Positions 1 through 13,901 of a DNA stretch of 64,000 nt are shown here, one piece after another (position 1 is the first letter of the stretch; the number at the start of each line of letters is the position of its first letter). This stretch comes from the human T2T-CHM13v2.0 reference genome, Homo sapiens: assembly GCF_009914755.1 (NCBI RefSeq), contig NC_060933.1; one strand, 5' to 3'. Made by a program: the position numbers and the translations under genes. The notes below the pieces were generated by a model. That model saw only the letters and a program-made list of their open reading frames with translations, ran no database searches and was not told the DNA's origin.

Positions 1-66
1 GAGCTTGCAGTGAGCCGAGATCCCGCCACTGCACTCCAGCCTTGGTGACAGAGCGAGACTCCGTCT

Positions 67-119
<53 letters not shown>
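1..119 (+). mobile_element. 3' end of a young AluY-family element (Ya5-like) with A52 tail
   Basis: GAGCTTGCAGTGAGCCGAGATCCCGCCAC; pure A run at 68-119. Confidence 0.85.
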
Positions 120-122
<3 letters not shown>

Positions 123-270
123 GGGTGTGGTGGTATATGCCTGTAGTCCCAACTACTCAAGAGGCTGAGGTGGGAGGATCACTTGAGCCCAGGAGGTTGA
201 GGCTGCAGTCAGCTGTTCATGCCACTGCACTCTAGCCTGGATAACACAGCAAGACCTTGTCAAAAAAAAA
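120..270 (+). mobile_element. AluJ-type right arm
   Basis: GGGAGGATCACTTGAGCCCAGGAGGTTGAGGCTGCAGT. Confidence 0.85.
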
Positions 271-305
271 GGAAAGGAAAGGAAGGAAAAAGAAAGGAAA
301 GAAAG

Positions 306-371
306 TTTCTGTTGTTTATAATTTACCCAATCTAAGGTATTTAGTCACGGTAGCCCAGAAGGACTAAGACA
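306..371 (+). mobile_element. MaLR (MLT1) LTR 3' end
   Basis: TTTCTGTTGTTTATAA...GGTATTT...GGACTAAGACA terminus. Confidence 0.6.
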
Positions 372-1184
372 CCCACCCCCTAGTGGGTCCCTCCTGACAC
401 CCACCTTTCCTGTGTTTGCCAGAATGGTCTTTCCGTAAACACAGCCCTTGTCTTAGTCACTTCTCTGCTCAAAAAACATCCACCAGAGAATAAAGTGCAG
501 GTTCCTCAGCCTGGTGTCAGGGACTCTGCACCCATCAACCCTGCCTAACCTAATTCAAGTTTTATCCCTCCCAGGACCCTACATGTACCCTAGGCTCCGG
601 TCAAACTACAAAGCGTGTTGTTCTCCAAATACAAGGCCCACCCCACCATACACAGCAGGCCCCGCCTCTCAGGCTTGGCTCGTGTCCTTCCTTTGCCTAG
701 GATGCCCTTCTCCCGCACCCCCATTCCTTTCTCCACCTGCAGCAAGCCAGTTTCCAGGGCCAATTTCAAGTAACACTCTTCATTATTCAGCTTCCTTGTT
801 GGCAGCACCCTGCCCTATTCATATTTGCTTCTCTGCCAGCTGACATTCTGAGGCTCAATAAACATAAACACTAATGTGGATTAAGGAGAATCCTCAGTTC
901 CTACAACAGTCTTCAAACAACTCACTTTTCAGAAGCCTGATCTGCCTGGTCCAAATCCACTGGAATTCTCTGTAGCTGGCCAGGACCTGGATGCAGAACC
1001 CTGTTACTCCTGTCATCCCTTCCAGACCCCTCGTCTGTCCTAATGCACACTAGGACATTGACGTTTTGGAAGCCATATCCCACTATGGCCTATCCTTGTG
1101 GCTAACAAAATGCTATGCCTTTTATATACAAAATGCTAACAAGTCCTAGGTTAGAAAACAACCAAAATAGTTGTAGTGATGGTT

Positions 1185-1350
1185 TCTAACCCCAAGTGCA
1201 GGCTTTGCATTTGTTCCAACTAAATTGCATCCTATTTAAATTGGCCTATGATCTATCCTATTAAGAACATTACAAGTCTCAGTTTGTTATTCCACTTATC
1301 AGTGATTGATACCTGTTTTACGGCACGTGGGAAATCTGCTAAGCAGGTCT
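1185..1350 (-). mobile_element. CR1/L3 LINE relic
   Basis: CCAAGTGCAGGCTTTGCATTTGTTCCAACTAAATTGCATC resembles the L3 antisense strand. Confidence 0.5.
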
Positions 1351-2075
1351 GACGTGGGGAGTGGTGGTGCTGGGGTATCTTTCTGTTCTTCGACAGTACC
1401 TAACGGCACCTGTCCGATGGTAACTTCAAACCCAGGCATGACTGCACACAGTTGTACCACATGGGGCTGTGCCCTGGGACTCTGTGAGGCAGAAATGGTG
1501 GGTTGGAAACTAGTTCTACCACTTCTCTAGCAATATGACCATGGCCTTAGGCACCTCCAAGTTTTGGAGTACTCTCATCTGCCCTGTCACCCTTGCTAAA
1601 TCATGCTAATAATGAAAAAGCAAGATAGCAAATGAGCATACACTGCGCCCTGTGGTGTTCTACACAAAGGAATTATTGTGACTTTCATCGAAACCTATTT
1701 CTCCCACTTGTCCACAGGAATAACATGGTGTGCTCTTTGTCAGATGCTTAATAAAAATAGAGGTATGTGAAGTTTAGTAATTTCACTGAAAGAAAAATTG
1801 AGGTTAGTCTGGTTTGGGGACTTTTGTAAACCCATGTTCATCCCTAGAGATCAATTCCTTCTTTTCCCAGTCCTTAAACACCCCTAGTTTAAATTGCTAT
1901 CCCAGAGCTCCACCTGGGATCAGCAGTTGGCTTCCCAGCCAGCAGTTCCCAGAAGGCACCAACCTCAAGGCCTGTTTCAGCTATTTCTAGGAAGTGCTGA
2001 TTTCATGATTAGTTACCAGCTCTGCTCTCCCCTCAATAACTTGCCACTTTCTATGAGCCTTGGCAGGAAACTAGC

Positions 2076-2076
2076 C

Positions 2077-2149
<73 letters not shown>
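2076..2149. repeat. Compound (TA)n/(CA)n microsatellite
   Basis: Seen directly. Confidence 0.95.
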
Positions 2150-4049
2150 CCCCCACCAAGTGGCCCAGGAATTCCCATTGCCAACACTGCTAAGCCGTCA
2201 CAAACAAATATAAACTGTTTACTCTTGGACATCATAAATACGAATATCTGAAATTACCAAATAAGTTACCTTAACATTTCATCATGAGTAAGAAATACCA
2301 TCTCAGCCATCAGCAAGATTTGGTGACTCAAAACTAGAACACGATGATGCAAAGACCATGCAGAAGTGTCCATGGTCTACTGGACTTATGGCCAGGCTGT
2401 CCAGCTTATAAATTTCACCTCCCAGTTGAAGGGTGCCTCAATGTCACAAAGGTTCTATGACCCCATTTCGCAGATGAGACTGAGCCTCAGGGAAATTACA
2501 TCATCAGTTCATACCGCTTATAAGTAGCAGAACTATAATAGGGTCCCAGCCTTCCTGATTTTTAGGACAGAGTTCTTTCTATCTCATCCCACTACCTCTC
2601 TAGCCATCTCATTCACCTTTTTAGCTCCAAGCACATACAATATGCCTTGCAAACAAGAAATATTTCTTAAGCCCAATTTAACACATAAATACTGAAAGCC
2701 TACTCCACGCATGGTCTTGGCTAGGGTTGGGATACAAGGCCACACACAGTCCAACAAACAGATCTCACGGTGGGGAGGCAATTCCCAATTCCCACTTAGT
2801 CTGAAGGGCAGGAAAGCTGTAGCACAGGGAAAGCAGATTATTTGCTCACAAACTAACACAGAGGCCAAGACGCTGTAGTGAGAAGGGACGTCAACAGTCT
2901 AGGCGGCTCCTGGAAATTCAATTCTGGTAAAACAGAGCACATGTTATTGATTTCCTGACTTGCCAGGCTAACAATCTCTTAGAAATCAGAGGAAGCAACA
3001 AAACAACTGTCCTTAATTTTGATCAACAAGGAAGTAAGAACAATCTTAGAAGAAAGTGACTGCCTGTCATCTTGGTGTGCGAGTCCGTGGAAGGAGGCAT
3101 TGATGATCAGTTCCACGGATGACCAGGGCCCTCCTCACTCCATGGGCAAGGGGCTTCCAATGTGCTGTAGATGGCCCAGACAGGCAGATTCTAGGCTCAA
3201 CTGTTCCACCACAGAACCATAGTCGCACTGGCTTCGACTCACGGAGGGATCAATTTAAAACACTGAGACTTTGTGTTGCATTACTGATCAGCTATTGATC
3301 AGCCTCTGTTCCAGGCCAATAAACTGTCCTTAGGCCATGCTGTATTTAGATCTCTGCAGAGATTCAAAGCGCTCATTTCTTCCTTTAACAGCATCTCCTT
3401 CACAGGGCTGCTATGAGGACTGTGTGACCCCACTGGTCACATTCCTATGAACCCTCTTTCAATCAACACAGAACGCCTAACATCTGCTAGGGACCTCAAT
3501 TCCTGTCTACCTATAGGTCTGTCCAAACATGTCTAACACCAGTGATTCAATAGTGTACGAATGGGTTTCCCATTTATTCCTCAAGATGCTCACTAAAGCC
3601 AAGGATACCTAAAGCTACTTGATTCTGGCTGCCCTGAGACTTGGTTTCACCCATCACTTTTTCTGGTCACAATACTAGCAGACACACTGGCTAATATACT
3701 ATCCCTACTGACAGGGACATTAACAAAATATCAGGCAGCCTCCCTAACACAAAGGTCCACTGGACAAACTTCTTTTAAAGTTTGTATTGGGAGCCTCCCA
3801 CTGTTGCCATTATCATCAGGCAAGGCAAGTCATGTAAACTGTCACAGTGCACTTGCCCAATTGAGTCCATTCAAATCCCTCATGAATGGGAATGGGAGGC
3901 AGGAGATACCCTGAATGACCTCTAAGGCAGGTGCCTCCCATCCCAGTGGCTTCCATCTTACACCAAAAGACAAGCAAGTACATGGGGACTTAAAAAGTAC
4001 CAGGTAGCCAAATACCTAAGGTGTCAGTTTCAGTATTATTCTTTTAAAC

Positions 4050-4561
4050 TGTGGAGCTTACAAACATGGCTGCAATTCTCTGATACTCTTATCAAGAGAG
4101 GGGGTCTCTGTCCTTTTCCCTTGAATCTGGAAGAGCCTGTCACTGCATCAACCCAATCAAATATGGTGTTAATGATGTTCTGCGATTTCCAAGGCTAGGT
4201 GACAGTTCTCCTAGGAAGCTTGCTCTAGAAGAGCCAGCTACCATGTGAAACGTCTAACTACCCTGAGACTGCCACGTTTAAGAGGCCACAAGCACGTGTG
4301 CCAGTCAACCATCCCAGGTGAGCTCAGCCTTCCAGCAATCCCTTCCAAGGTACCAGATATGTGAGTGCAGCCATTTTGGACACTCCACACGAGCCCACCT
4401 TCCAACTGACCCCTTGGTCAATGCCATGAGGAGCAGAAGCATCTCCCAGCTGTGAGCCCTGCTCAAATTCTTGACCAACAGAACCCATCATGACAAATGT
4501 GGTTGTTTTACAGCACTAAGCACTGGGGGAGTGTGTTATGCAACAAAAGATTACCAGAATG
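4050..4561 (+). mobile_element. MaLR LTR (MLT1G/H-like)
   Basis: TGTGG start, CCCTTGAATCTGG, TTCCAAGGCTAGGT, and 3' GGTTGTTTTA...GTTATGCAACAAAAGATTACCAGAA. Confidence 0.7.
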
Positions 4562-4744
4562 AAAACCATATATATACAGAGATACAGTGTGTATGCATGG
4601 TATTGTATGCGTACATAAAAGATTTTGTATTTATGATGTTTTTCATAATTTAAAAAATGTTTCTTCTTAGGACATCCCCACAGCATGACGTTAACTTAGG
4701 TTTCATTTGCTTGAAGACAAGGAAGCAGAATAAACATATGCATT

Positions 4745-5046
<302 letters not shown>

Positions 5047-5386
5047 AACATACACATTCTTAAAAAAAAAAAAAAAAACAAACATAAACTAAAAACTGTT
5101 TTTTGAAGGGCACTAACTCTGTTTAGGAGAAAGATGTTAACGATATTGGACTCTCTGAGGCTGCCTTACGCTACATCACCAACTCCATATTAGAACTCAA
5201 TAAACCACATTGAAAAGAGGAGAAGGGGATGTACAGATAAAAAGAACTTAAGAGACATATCTACTAGATGCAATGTGTGGTCTGTAGTAGCTTCTGGTTA
5301 AACAAACCAACTATAAAAGGTTTTTAAGATAATTGCACTAAACCCATCAAGGACTTTGTATCAGGTGACATTAAGAAATCATTGTT

Positions 5387-5995
<609 letters not shown>

Positions 5996-6034
5996 AATAA
6001 TTGTTCGTTTTGTGGAGTATAATGATATTGTGGC

Positions 6035-6062
<28 letters not shown>
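6035..6062. repeat. (TG)14 microsatellite
   Basis: Seen directly. Confidence 0.95.
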
Positions 6063-6066
<4 letters not shown>

Positions 6067-7959
6067 AGTATTTATTAGTGAATATTTAAGTATTAACAGG
6101 TTAAACAATAAGTTGCCTGGGACTTGCTTTAAAATATTTCAGAATCATAAGTGGGTGTTGTGTACATGAGAGTTTCACCACACTTTCTCGATATTTTGTA
6201 TATTTTTAAATCTCCATAATAAACACTTAAAACAAAATCTTGTAACGTGCAAAGGAGTTGGGGATTGGAGGGTGTCAGCACAGTGTGGGCTGAGCCCTGA
6301 CTTGGAGACTCCAGGTCACTGGGTGAAGAGTCTGACATCCACGGTGACGAGGAAAGTGTTGCGAGATGCAGACAGAAAAAATTACTCCAAACCATTAACA
6401 ATTAATCTCTTCCACACTGTGAAAACAAAACACAATACACAAGAGTCCTGGCACCCAACTCAGCACCCACCTATGGACGTTGAGTCACATTTTGTCCCCA
6501 TGCCCCAGTGCTTGGTGCACCTTATAAAGGGGATGCACTCCTGGACTTTGTGCCTAACTTCACAGACACCACGTCCTTTTACAGCAAGAAACGAAGTATA
6601 TGCAGCAATGAAAGCTAAGTTCTTAGCTTTGAACATCAAAGCTAACTTTCTACCCAAGCTAATTTTATGTAAACAATATTTTTATCCCTTAGAAGATTGC
6701 TGAGGGATACAGGATTGATTTTTGACTTTGAACTAAAGCACCATAATCCACAACCCAGCAGAATAAGAACATCACGATATGGAACAAGACAAGCTCCTCA
6801 GTGGACATACTTGGATGGCCACCCTGCCCAGGACTCAGTATTACAGGCACAAGAACATAGGAATGTTCTAGAAATCTGCACATTCAAGTCCTTCATTTTA
6901 TGGATGGAAAAAGTGAGGCAAGAGGCAGGTCACACAGCCAGGCAGTCACTGCAAAACCAGAATGAAAAGCAAACCTTCTGACCCTGAGACCAATACAATT
7001 TTCCTTCTTGGGACTATGTTCAGGCGACTGTATTATGGACATTATCTGAACAGGAAAAGAAAAGGCAAGGCTCGCATTTCTGCTACTGAAAGGTTAAGAA
7101 CCAAATATGCAACACCAAAAAAAACCCCCAGACAGCTCAGTGTTATAAACTCCTTGGCCATAAAAAAGTGGTTTAGGTAATTCTTTTTTTCTGTTTTTTT
7201 TTCTTTTTTGTGGCAAATCAGGAAAAAAACCCACAACCACCTACTACTACAGGAGAAAGAAAAAGAAAATGAAACAAATTTGTGCCTCACTAAACAGTAA
7301 CATGCAATTAAAATGATGGATGTCTCTGTGCCAGAGGTTGAATTTGAAACAAGCTGCTGGAAGAAGGGCAGCCCTGAAAATAAATTGCCAAATTACTTTT
7401 TGCAGCCAGATTGCAGATTCCCCCTCCATGCAATTCTGAAAGCAAATAACTCCACATAAATAAATATGCAACAAATTCCCAGGAAATCTAGCCAAGAAAC
7501 GTGAACAGAAAGGACTAACTTTGGGTGGATGACTGCCCCTACCCATCCTTGCAACTTAGGAATGTGAGAACATTTGAAAAGTAAGGCATGTCAATGCTAT
7601 CTCGCACATGACGCTTCCTGAAACTTCCAAGTCCTGTAGTGACTGTTCCCCCATAAGCCATGAAGCTTCCATAGCCCTGAAATCATAGTTTTGGAATCTC
7701 ATAATACACCTTATGATGCAGTGCACTGAAGACATGGACTCGGGAGTCAGCAGGTGAGAGTTTGAATCCTAACTCTATTACTCAGCTCAGGCTAAGTTTG
7801 ATGTCCAGTAAATTTCTTACCTAGCAAGGATGTTAAAAGGATTATATGAAATGATGATGAATTTAACAGGGTTTGGCCTGGGTTCACCTATGGGACGGGC
7901 CTGGGGATGAAGGTAGCCTCATTTTAGGTGGCATGCCTATTTACAGAAGAGGGAGGTGA

Positions 7960-8246
7960 GGCCAGGTGCAGTGGCTCACATCTGTAATCCCAGCACTTTG
8001 GGAGGCAGAGGCAGGAGGATCACTTGAGGCCAGGAATTCAAGATTGGCATGGGCAACACAGCCAGACCTCCATCTCTACACAAAATTTTAAAAATTATCT
8101 GGCATGGTGGCACATATCTGTAGCCCCAGTCACTGGGGAGTATGAAGTGGGAAGACTGAGTTTGAGCCCAGGAGTTTGAGGCTGCAGTAAGCTATGATCA
8201 CACCACTGCAGAACGAGGCCATGTCTCAAAAAAAAAAAAAAAAAAA
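7960..8246 (+). mobile_element. AluJ
   Basis: Dimer with TSD GAGGGAGGTGA(G). Confidence 0.85.
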
Positions 8247-8285
8247 TGAGGGAGGTGAGCTCATGATGGCTAAGAGACAGGGTAG

Positions 8286-8723
8286 TGTTATGGGCTGAAC
8301 TGTATCACACCCCCCACCCCAAATTAATATGTTAAAGTCCTAACCCCGGTACCTTGGAATGTGATTGTGTTTGGAGACAGGGCTTTTAAAGAGGTAACTA
8401 AGCTGAAGTGAAGTTGTTAGAATGACCCTAATCCAATCTGATTGGATGACAATTGGTGTCATTATAAAAAGAAGAGATCGGGACACACAGACACCAGGGA
8501 CACATACGCAGGGGAAAGACCACATGAAGGCAGAGGGAGAAGAGGCAGCTGGGGGGGTGGGGGGGGATCTGCCAGCCAAGGAGAGAGGCTTCAGAGGAAA
8601 CCAACCCTGCCGTACCACGATCTTGGATTCCAGCCTCCAGAATGGTGAGAAAATAAATTGCTTGCTGTTGTTTAAGGCACCCAGTCTGGGGTACTTTGTT
8701 ACAGCAGTCCTAGCAAACTAACA
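8286..8723 (+). mobile_element. MLT1B-like MaLR solo LTR
   Basis: TGTTATGGGCTGAACTGT...GTTAAAGTCCTAACCCC...GTACTTTGTTACAGCAGTCCTAGCAAACTAA. Confidence 0.8.
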
Positions 8724-9643
8724 AGAGACAAGAACACAGGCTTCAAGTTAGAGGGCAGGTTTGAAGCTGGGCTCCACTACTTACAACCAGCATGACCCCA
8801 ACAAAGCCCCTTCACCTTTCTGAGCTTGTTTTCTGTCTGTGAACGGAGGTGATAGCACGCATTTCCCACCGAGTGATTTGAGGATGAAATGAGAACCAGT
8901 GCAGATGCGTCATGTGGCACAGTCACGGCTGTCCACCGGCAAAGCCAGGGCCTCTGCCCAGGACCTCTGACTCTAAGCCCCAGGACCTCCCACAGCATCC
9001 CTGCGGCAATCAGAGGCCTCGCTGCGTGGCAGCCCCTGGATGCTTTGCACGGTACTCCCCTGGACTGAAACTGATGGTGAGAGCTGTCCCTAATAGCCTG
9101 GATGCTTCTTGGGCCAAGGCACAGTCTTGAACCCCAAGCTCCTTGGGTCCCACTCATGCCTGGTATTCTGTACATAAGAAGCAGAACTTTAGAGCTATGT
9201 ACTTGGCTCTGCGTGTAAGGTTTTCAAAAAGGTCAATGAGTGGAAAAGCACATGAACTTTTTTCCTTTAACCCTGTCTATGGTGAGCTTGGCTGTTAGGG
9301 TCATAAAACTATAACTAAGGCATCACTATCCATTCATCTGATGGAGGAGTATACAAATAAAGTTGTCTTTTTATAGATAGCCTTTTTTCTTCTGGGTGAG
9401 TCAGTAGTCTTAAGAAAAAAAAAAGTCACTGCCTCTTGCAGGAAGAAGGCAGAGAATGACACGTTCAGCTGGAGAAAAGAAAGGTGTGATGCTGACAGCC
9501 TCTCCTTAGGCTTGGATTTATACAGATTATCAAGATTATTTCCCTGAGGTCTGTGGTTTGTGGTTAGGGTGAGCTACTGTGAATAGAATCTTGACTATAA
9601 GTTCACCACACAAAAAGTTAGCCTTTCCTTACCCATTCACTAA

Positions 9644-9968
<325 letters not shown>

Positions 9969-10631
9969 CATATACGCATTTTTAAAAGCAACAACTGAAT
10001 GCCAAGGAACAAGTGTTAACTGGTACTATGATGAAATATTACTTTAGAAGACACAAATAGGAAATTATTTACAGAACCAAACACCTAGGTAACGTCTCGT
10101 CATCTTTTAACTGCTAAGAGTTGACCAATTTTCGCTAACCCCAATTTTCTCCAGTTCAAGCAGAGCAAATTTATCTGGAATGGTTGAGCACACAGGGCTC
10201 CAATGTCCCAGGTATTGTCCAAAAGTATTCTTACAAAAAAAAGTACACCATGTCCAAAGGTACCCCTGCAAGAGTACCACCAGACCAGGCACTGAACCCC
10301 CCACAGTCCCTATACCTTCTAAGATACCTAGAGAAGCAAAAATAGGAGGGAATTCTGCAATGGGGTTACACATTTGCCACCCACACACCAGGCACTTTGA
10401 GGAATTCCTGCTGGATGCTGTAAAGACAGGGGACATTCTAACGAGCGAAGTGGGTTATGAGGAATGGAGGTGGGCAGTCACTACACAGGTCTAGCCAACT
10501 GCCACTCCATGGGAAATCAGATCGTGCTATCAGATCTTCCAATCTTTCAAGGAATTATACAAATGTGATTACTTATTTATTTATTTAGGTAGAATGGGAA
10601 GATTTTTAAGAACCTTGTATGGCTCTCTAGA

Positions 10632-10942
10632 TTTTTTTGTTTGTTTCTTTAAGACAAGGTCTCACTCTGTTGCCCAGGCTGGAGTACAGTGGTGCCATCA
10701 TGGCTCACTGCAGCCTTGACTTCCTGGAATCAAGCAATCCTCCCACCTCAGCCTCCTGAGCAGGTGAGACTACAGGCATGCACCACCATGCCTAGCTGAT
10801 TTTTTTTCCTTTATGTTGAGATGGTGGGGCGGGTCTTGCTATGTTGCCTAGGCTGGTCTTGAACTCCTGGCCCCAAGAGATTCTCTTTCTTGCCTGAGCT
10901 TCCCAAAGTGCTTGGATTATAGGCATGAGCCATGATGTGCAG
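10632..10942 (-). mobile_element. AluJ
   Basis: Diverged dimer. Confidence 0.85.
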
Positions 10943-11584
10943 CAAGTTTTGTTTTGTTTTTTTAATTGAAGCATCACATACCTAGACAAAAGTGCACAGA
11001 TCATACATGTACAACTCAAAGAATTACCACAAGTGAATGTGCCTGGCAACCACCATGAAGGTGAAAATACAGAACATTTTCAGCAATACTCCTCACCCCT
11101 TGCAAAGTTCCTTGTGTGCCTCTTTCCAATTTCTACCCCTTCTTTCCTCCCACGGGTACCACAGATTCCTCCTGCCTGTGCTGAAGTTCATACACATGGA
11201 ATCATATAGCATGCCTCTTTTACAGCTGTGTGGGGATGGTCCACTCACCCCCATCCCCGCACTCACAGCAGAGCTTGCAGCTATGAACAAAGACACACCA
11301 GTGCCATAACACAACCCTACGGGGAACAGAAATAACACCCAAGTGGATTCACCACAGTGAAGAAAGGCTTCCGAGTCACAGAAGGAGGGAGGAGGCAGAG
11401 ATAAGAAGAGACTAGGTGGGGCGGGGGACAAAGTCAACCGAAGAGGAGGGTCTGTTCCCAGATGAAAGGGAAAGCGAAGGGACGGGGCGGTGGCAAGTGC
11501 CAGAGGTAAGAAGCTAAAAGTTCACGGTCACCGACAGGGCAGAGAATACCCAAGTCCAGCGATTACAGCCAGGGTGGCTGGGGC

Positions 11585-12500
11585 CATGACAAAAACTAGC
11601 CCAAATTTCTATCATGTTCCAAATCTTTCCCTCAATGGACCTAAATATACTATTAACAACGGCAGCACTATCCATCTCAGTGGGAGTTTGAGGGAGACTC
11701 AATTAAACGCAGCTCCAAAAAATTTTAGCGTATTCATCAATTGCTCATATAGGTTGAACAGCCGCAATTTTAACCTACAACCCCACCATCACAATCTTAA
11801 ATCCATTACTTTACCTGATATTAACAGTAACCATATTTATATTATTCAATACAAATACAGGCCAGGCATGGTGGCTCATGCCTGTAATCCCAACATTTTG
11901 GGAGGCCGAGGTAGGCAGACCACTTGTGTTCACGAGTTTGAGAACAGCCTGGCCAACGTGGGGAAACCCTGTCCCTACTAAAAATATAAACATTAGCCAG
12001 GCGTGGTGATGGGCGCCCATAATCCCAGCTACTCCGGAGGCTGAGGTAGGAGAATCGCTTGAACCCCGGAGATGGACATTGCTGTGAGCCAGGATCGTGC
12101 CACTGTACTCCAGCCTGGGCGACAAAGCAAGACTTTGTCTCAAAAACAAAGAAATAAACAACAACAATAAAAAAATCAATACAAATATAAGTGCTACAAC
12201 ATGATCACTATCCTATATGTGAAATCAGTTACCACTACTAACATCCATAGTGCCTGTTACTCTACTATCCCTAGGAGGACTGCCCCCACTAACAGGATTT
12301 CTACCCAAATGAGCCATCACTCAAGAACTAACAAAAAATAATAGCCTCATTATACCTATACTCATAGCCACCATAGCCCTGCTCAACCTGTAATTTTACA
12401 TATGCCTAATTTATTCCACATCACTAATGATATTTCCAACAACATAAAAATAAAATGGCAATTTGAAAACACAAAACAAACCCTCTTCTTGCCGTCACTT
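11585..12500 (+). pseudogene. NUMT: nuclear copy of part of mitochondrial ND2 (about codons 133-325), interrupted by an Alu
   Basis: In the vertebrate mitochondrial code it reads WQKLAQISIMFQIFPS...TQLQKILAYSSIAHMGW...YNP and ...[30 protein letters not shown]...NNMKMKWQFENTK, collinear with ND2. Has in-frame stops and a frameshift near 12437. Confidence 0.93.
11860..12175 (+). mobile_element. AluS inserted in the ND2 NUMT
   Basis: Dimer with GGAGAATCGCTTGAACCC; TSD TCAATACAAATA(C/T)A at 11846-11859 and 12176-12189. Confidence 0.9.
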
Positions 12501-13639
12501 AGCCCCAACGCCCTGAGATCCTGCATCTGCCCCAAGAGGCAACAGGCTGACTTCTCAGAAGGAGGAATCAACAAAGATTACAATTTCAAATAAACACAAA
12601 GTCAACAGAAGAGTACAGTAAACACCTGTCACTCAGCTTTGACAATGATCAACACTGTGTATCATCTTTTCCTCTATTCATTCCTCCCTGGCCCACCATT
12701 AATTTTTTTATACTTTTTTGGGGATGGTAGTAAATTGCATTTGCCTTGAAATGTACAAATCTAAGTTATCCTACTTTGACAAATGGACTGGTGTACCCCA
12801 CACTCCTCTACCACTCAGCCCCTTCTCATCTCCCCAGAAAGTTCCTGGGAGTCCCCTTCCTCGTCAATCCCTGAGCTTCCCTACCCCCGAGGCAACAGTT
12901 ATTCTCATTTGTTTTCTCCACAGATTAGTTCTGCCAGTTCTACAGCTGCGTGTACATGGAATCATACAGAGGCTACTCTTTTAAGGTTAATTTCACTCAG
13001 TATAATGCATATGAATTAAAAAAGCCTTCAATATGCAGTTTTGGCTAATCTCATGTAGACACATCTACATACTTCCTGTGCCATCTTATATGGGTAAGCT
13101 ACAACGCGTTGAGATAAATATTTCCGATAAAAATAACCCCAACTGATACTCAGGTGGCTAAGGTGGGAGGATCTCTTGAGCCCTGGAATTCCAGGCTACA
13201 ATGAGCCATGGTCGCACCATTGTACCCCAGCGTGGGAGACTGAGCAAGACCCTGTCTCAAAAATAAATAAACAAACAACTCCAACTGGATTCAGAACCAT
13301 TTTTGTCAATAAACTATTCAAGTCCTGCTTCTTCCCTTAGTCCCATGTTACAGATGCCAGTTCCTGCACCTAAAGTGCAGCAAAACAACTATGCCAGAGC
13401 TCTGGCCACCAAGAGTCAACTTTCAACATCCCCAGAGAAGCAAGGTAGACCGAAACTGGGTAAAAGCATGTAAAAACCATAGAGTTCTCTGCAGATGCAA
13501 AAGACACATATTCTTACCCAAGTGGTAGTTACTCAGGGAAAGAGTGGCATCCCTGACTTAGTCTTTATCTACCTGGAGCCTGGCTTGGTTCTGTGTACAC
13601 AGCGGGTCCTCAATAAATGCCTGTCTCTTCATTGTTCTC

Positions 13640-13901
13640 GGCCTCTCCTTGGCTGGTAGATGGTCGTCTTCTCCTGTGTCTTCACATGGTCCTCCCCCTG
13701 TACAGGTCTGTGTCCACATTTCTTCTTCTTAGATGACACCAGTCATATTGGATTAGGGCCTGCCCTAGGACCTCCTTTTAACTTAAATGCCTCTTTGAAG
13801 ACCTTATCCCCAAATACAGTCACATTCTGAGGTACTGGGGGTTAGGACTTCAACAGATGAATTTGGGGAAAATGGAGGGGGCCACAATTCAGCCCCAAAC
13901 A
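13640..13901 (-). mobile_element. MLT1B/C-like LTR fragment
   Basis: CACCAGTCATATTGGATTAGGGCC...CAAATACAGTCACATTCTGAGGTACTGGGGGTTAGGACTTCAACA. Confidence 0.8.

Noticed and set aside
11490-11981. 163-aa + ORF
   Set aside because: Off-frame read through the NUMT into an Alu; the meaningful frame is ND2 in the mitochondrial code, with stops.
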